Position numbers and translations under genes: made by a program | Shown: piece by piece, positions 62,600 through 64,000 of the stretch | Layout of the letters: each line of letters opens with the position of its first letter | Numbering within the stretch: the stretch's first letter is position 1 | The notes under the pieces: generated by a model | Seen by the model: only the letters and a program-made list of their open reading frames with translations | Databases searched by the model: none | Told to the model about the DNA's origin: nothing | From: Chiloscyllium plagiosum | Taxonomy: Eukaryota | NCBI RefSeq assembly: GCF_004010195.1 | Contig: NC_057751.1 | Span: 18,983,387 to 19,047,386 of the forward strand | Length of the DNA: 64,000 nucleotides | Reading direction: 5' to 3'

Positions 62600-63730
62600 C
62601 CTCCCAACAGTGGGCCGCCCTCTCGGACAGTGGGGTGCCCCCCACCCCCAGCGATGCCTGTTGAATAGTGGTGCCCCCTCGGCAATGTCGGTTGGATGAT
62701 GGGGTGGTGCCTATTGGACGGTGGGCTGCCTGTTGGGCGATGCCTGTTGGACGATGGGCTGCCCCTTGGGTGGTGCCTGTTGGACGGTGGGCTGCCCCTT
62801 GGGCGATGCCTATTGGACGATGGGCTGCCCCTTGGGTGTATTGGACGGTGGGCTGCCTGTTGGGCGATGCCTGTTGGGTGGTGGGCTGCCCCTTTGGCGA
62901 TACGTGTTGGACGGTGGGCTGCCCCTTGGGCGATGCCTATTGGACGATGGGCTGCCCCTTGGGCGATGCCTATTGGATGGTGGGCTGCCCTTTGGGCGAT
63001 GCCTATTGGACGATGGGCTGCCCCTTGGGTGGTGCCTGTTGGACGGTGGGCTGCCCCTTGGGCGATGCCTATTGGATGGTGGGCTGCCCCTTGGGCGATG
63101 CCTGTTGGACGGTGGGCTGCCCCTTGGGCGATGCCTATTGGACGATGGGCTGCCCCTTGGGTGGTGCCTGTTGGACGGTGGGCTGCCCCTTGGGCGATGC
63201 CTATTGGACGATGGGCTGCCCCTTGGGTGGTGCCTGTTGGACGGTGGGCTGCCCCTTGGGCGATGCCTATTGGACGATGGGCTGCCCCTTGGGTGGTGCC
63301 TGTTGGACGGTGGGCTGCCCCTTGGGCGATGCCTATTGGACGATGGGCTGCCCCTTGGGTGGTGCCTTTTGGACGGTGGGCTGCCCCTTGGGCGATGCCT
63401 ATTGGATGGTGGGCTGCCCCTTGGGCGATGCCTATTGGACGGTGGGCTGCCCCTTTGGTGTCTGTTGGATGGTGGGTTGCCCCTTGGGCGATGCCTGTTG
63501 GATGGTGGGTTGCCCCTTGGGTGATGCCTGTTGGACGGTGGGCTGCCCCCTCGGTGATGCCCTCTGGACAGTGGGCTGATGCCCCTCGGATAGGACAGTG
63601 TCCCCTTATGGATGCCTGCCACTTGCTGGGCTGATGCCCTTCGGATAGTATGGCGCCCCCCCCGCCCCCCCCACCTTGGCGATGCCTTTCGAAGAGTGGG
63701 CCGATGCTCCTCGGACAGAGTGGTGTCCCA
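62600..63730. repeat. 33-bp GC-rich minisatellite GGGCGATGCCTATTGGACGATGGGCTGCCCCTT, ~26 core units with degenerate flanks
   Basis: 11-codon periodicity in ORFs 62668-63579, 62696-63634 and 62721-63524. Confidence 0.95.
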
Positions 63731-64000
63731 CTGTTGCTGACCTAATTTTTCTCTCTCTCTCACTCTCTCTCTTTCTTTTCCCCCAATCCCCAACAGCCGT
63801 GCGTTGCCTGAGTAATGGAGCCAGATACGATCGATCACCATGATGCCCAGCAGAATGGGATGGCGGCGGGCGAGCAGGATGACCACTTTGACGCTCAGGT
63901 AGCCTTGGGGACCTCGTCTCATGGCGCAATGCCCCTGTGCCATGTCTGTGCCCCCTCTCCCATCTTGCTGGGTCAAGGGGCAGGCAGGATCTATTCACCC

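Noticed and set aside
62668..63634. Trp/Cys-rich 300-aa repeat proteins
   Set aside because: Stop-free 33-bp VNTR open in several frames; no non-repeat domain or splice support

Overview
Repeat-saturated vertebrate genomic DNA with three assembly gaps (13339-13838, 23446-23791, 56683-57458). The repeat families (tRNA-derived HE1-type V-SINEs with (AATCT)n tails and their partner CR1/HER1-type LINEs) point to a shark or ray, probably a bamboo/carpet shark; this is inferred from the repeats only. Most of the window is nested, decayed CR1 LINEs. Main non-CR1 content: (i) a two-LTR class I (gamma/epsilon-like) endogenous retrovirus on the minus strand, ~32580-42300, with pol and env remnants and a retroposon inserted in each LTR; (ii) Penelope-like elements, including a ~4.2-kb head-to-head structure and 120-210-bp solo or fold-back pLTR insertions with target-site duplications and hammerhead ribozyme cores from at least three families; (iii) eight SINE copies carrying an internal 52-bp tandem array of variable length, with TTAGGG in the consensus unit; (iv) a CpG-island promoter at ~22560-22825 with a probable non-coding first exon on the minus strand; (v) 18-bp and 33-bp GC-rich minisatellites; (vi) short locally templated duplications. 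No host protein-coding gene could be identified with confidence. All alignments and counts were made by eye.
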